DNA of 7,565 nucleotides from a virus (Monodnaviria; Loebvirae; Hofneiviricota; Faserviricetes; Tubulavirales; Inoviridae): IMG/VR virus record IMGVR_UViG_2537562217_000001; one strand, 5' to 3'. Shown piece by piece: positions 6,598 to 7,565 of this stretch (position 1 is its first letter; each line of letters starts with the position of its first letter). The notes under the pieces were generated by a model. It saw only the letters and a program-made list of their open reading frames with translations, ran no database searches and was not told where the DNA came from. The position numbers and the translations under genes were made by a program.

Positions 6598-6737
6598 GGT
6601 CAGGCCGTTCACTTACTGCTGACAGACATTTGATTCTGATTCGTTTGGAGAAACGGATGATTTTGAATCACTGTCGATAGTAGCCAGTTGACGGCCAGTG
6701 TCAACGATTCCCGCCAGATTCTGCCATCCTTACCATT

Positions 6738-6765
6738 GGTGCGCATAATGTATATTATGTTAAAT
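6738..6765 (+). other. dif: dif chromosome dimer resolution site (XerC/XerD recombination site)
   Basis: Exact 28-bp match to the canonical E. coli dif sequence GGTGCGCATAA-TGTATA-TTATGTTAAAT (XerC arm, central region, XerD arm), read directly from the sequence. Confidence 0.85.
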
Positions 6766-6957
6766 CATGTCTGAGTGATGCGAAGTGCTTTTCTGGTAGT
6801 CGTTATTCGTTCAGGGTTCAAGAACTTAAGCCTCTCCTCTTTCATAATTGGCCTGTGCATGGAGAAATAGCCTGGTTATTCCCTGCCCCATGCTAAGAGC
6901 GCAGTGTCTGTCGCATAGACACTGCATACGAAAACACCAGAGGGTGCTGTTACTTAT

Positions 6958-7565
6958 TTAAGGACGGATGTTCTTCGGTTCAAGTCCCAACATCCGGGCG
7001 AACTGGCGTGTTTCATTAGCCCGGTAGCATGAACCATTATCCGTCAGCCACTCCACTGGAGACGACGGAAGATCGTTGCCGAAGCGGCGTTCCACCGCTC
7101 CCAGCATGACGTCCTGTACTGTTTCACTGTTGAAGCCGCCGGTAGTGACCGCCCAGTGCAGTGCCTCACGATCACAGCAGTCCAGCGCGAACGTGACACG
7201 CAGTCTCTCTCCGTTATCACAGCAGAACTCGAACCCGTCAGAGCACCATCGCTGATTGCTTTCTTTCACGGCCACTCTGCCTGTATGTGCCCGTTTCGAT
7301 GGCGGTACAGCAGGTTTTCGCTCAAGCAACAGCGCATTCTGGCGCATGATCCGGTAAACACGTTTGGCATTGATCGCAGGCATACCATCAAGTTCTGCCT
7401 GTCTGCGAAGCAGCGCCCATACCCGACGATAACCATACGTGGGCAGCTCTCCGATAACATGGTGTATACGGAGAAGCACATCCGTATCATCAGTGTGACG
7501 ACTGCGGCGGCCATCCATCCAGTCATCGGTTCGTCTGAGAATGACGTGCACCTGCGCACGCGACA
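6958..7565 (-). pseudogene. insD: Truncated IS2 transposase orfB (insD) remnant lacking the C-terminal part of the DDE catalytic domain
   Basis: Translation ...[79 protein letters not shown]...[10 protein letters not shown]...[27 protein letters not shown] then IRP-stop. Two Asp-containing motifs of the DDE core are present, but the downstream Glu-containing region is absent. The N-terminus is off-window. Confidence 0.8.
6969..7565 (-). mobile_element. IS2 (IS3 family) fragment; internal portion of orfB, 3' part and right end deleted, element continues beyond window end
   Basis: Minus-strand translation matches IS2 InsD from memory, down to ...[10 protein letters not shown]. Beyond about position 6969 the similarity stops and the frame ends after IRP. 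No IS2 terminal repeat is present in the window. Confidence 0.8.

Larger units (their letters stand above)
303..6737 (+). mobile_element. Filamentous phage (Inovirus-like) prophage remnant, Ff-like gene order, bounded on the left by IS1 and on the right by dif; the distal 5867-6737 segment is of uncertain origin
   Basis: Co-linear plus-strand genes for a major coat protein, pIII-like protein, pVI-like protein, Zot/pI NTPase and pIV secretin, with stop/start overlaps. AT-rich relative to the flanks. Adjacent canonical dif. No replication initiator gene present. Confidence 0.75.

Noticed and set aside
7266-7559. Minus-strand 97-aa ORF
   Set aside because: Alternate frame within the IS2 orfB region. 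The IS2 InsD frame is the recognisable one.
1-7565. CRISPR arrays, tRNA, rRNA or tmRNA genes
   Set aside because: No regularly spaced direct repeats, no cloverleaf-like or rRNA-like sequence seen. The 5' region that superficially looked like a structured RNA is IS1.

Overview
This window is a degraded filamentous-phage (Inovirus, Ff-like) prophage sitting next to a canonical E. coli-type dif site and flanked by insertion-sequence fragments. From left to right: (1) 1-302, the left end of IS1 in reverse orientation (terminal inverted repeat plus most of insA). (2) 351-5866, a tightly packed plus-strand operon in Ff gene order: three small proteins (a possible gX-like or regulator ORF, a putative ssDNA-binding protein, a small membrane protein), a textbook major coat protein with signal peptide, a hairpin terminator, a 570-aa pIII-like adsorption protein, a pVI-like membrane protein, a Zot/pI-type assembly NTPase and a pIV secretin. 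No replication initiator (pII/RstA-type) is present; it was probably lost to the IS1 insertion. (3) 5867-6737, a more GC-rich segment with two unrecognised 82-aa ORFs. (4) 6738-6765, an exact 28-bp dif (XerC/XerD) site. (5) about 6969-7565, an internally truncated IS2 orfB (insD) fragment on the minus strand. All identifications come from reading the translations and motifs by eye; no database search was run. The most interesting unexplained parts are the two small ORFs between the secretin gene and dif, and the composition break at the 3' end of the secretin gene. The IS1/IS2 density suggests an IS-rich enterobacterial genome such as Shigella or a similar E. coli.
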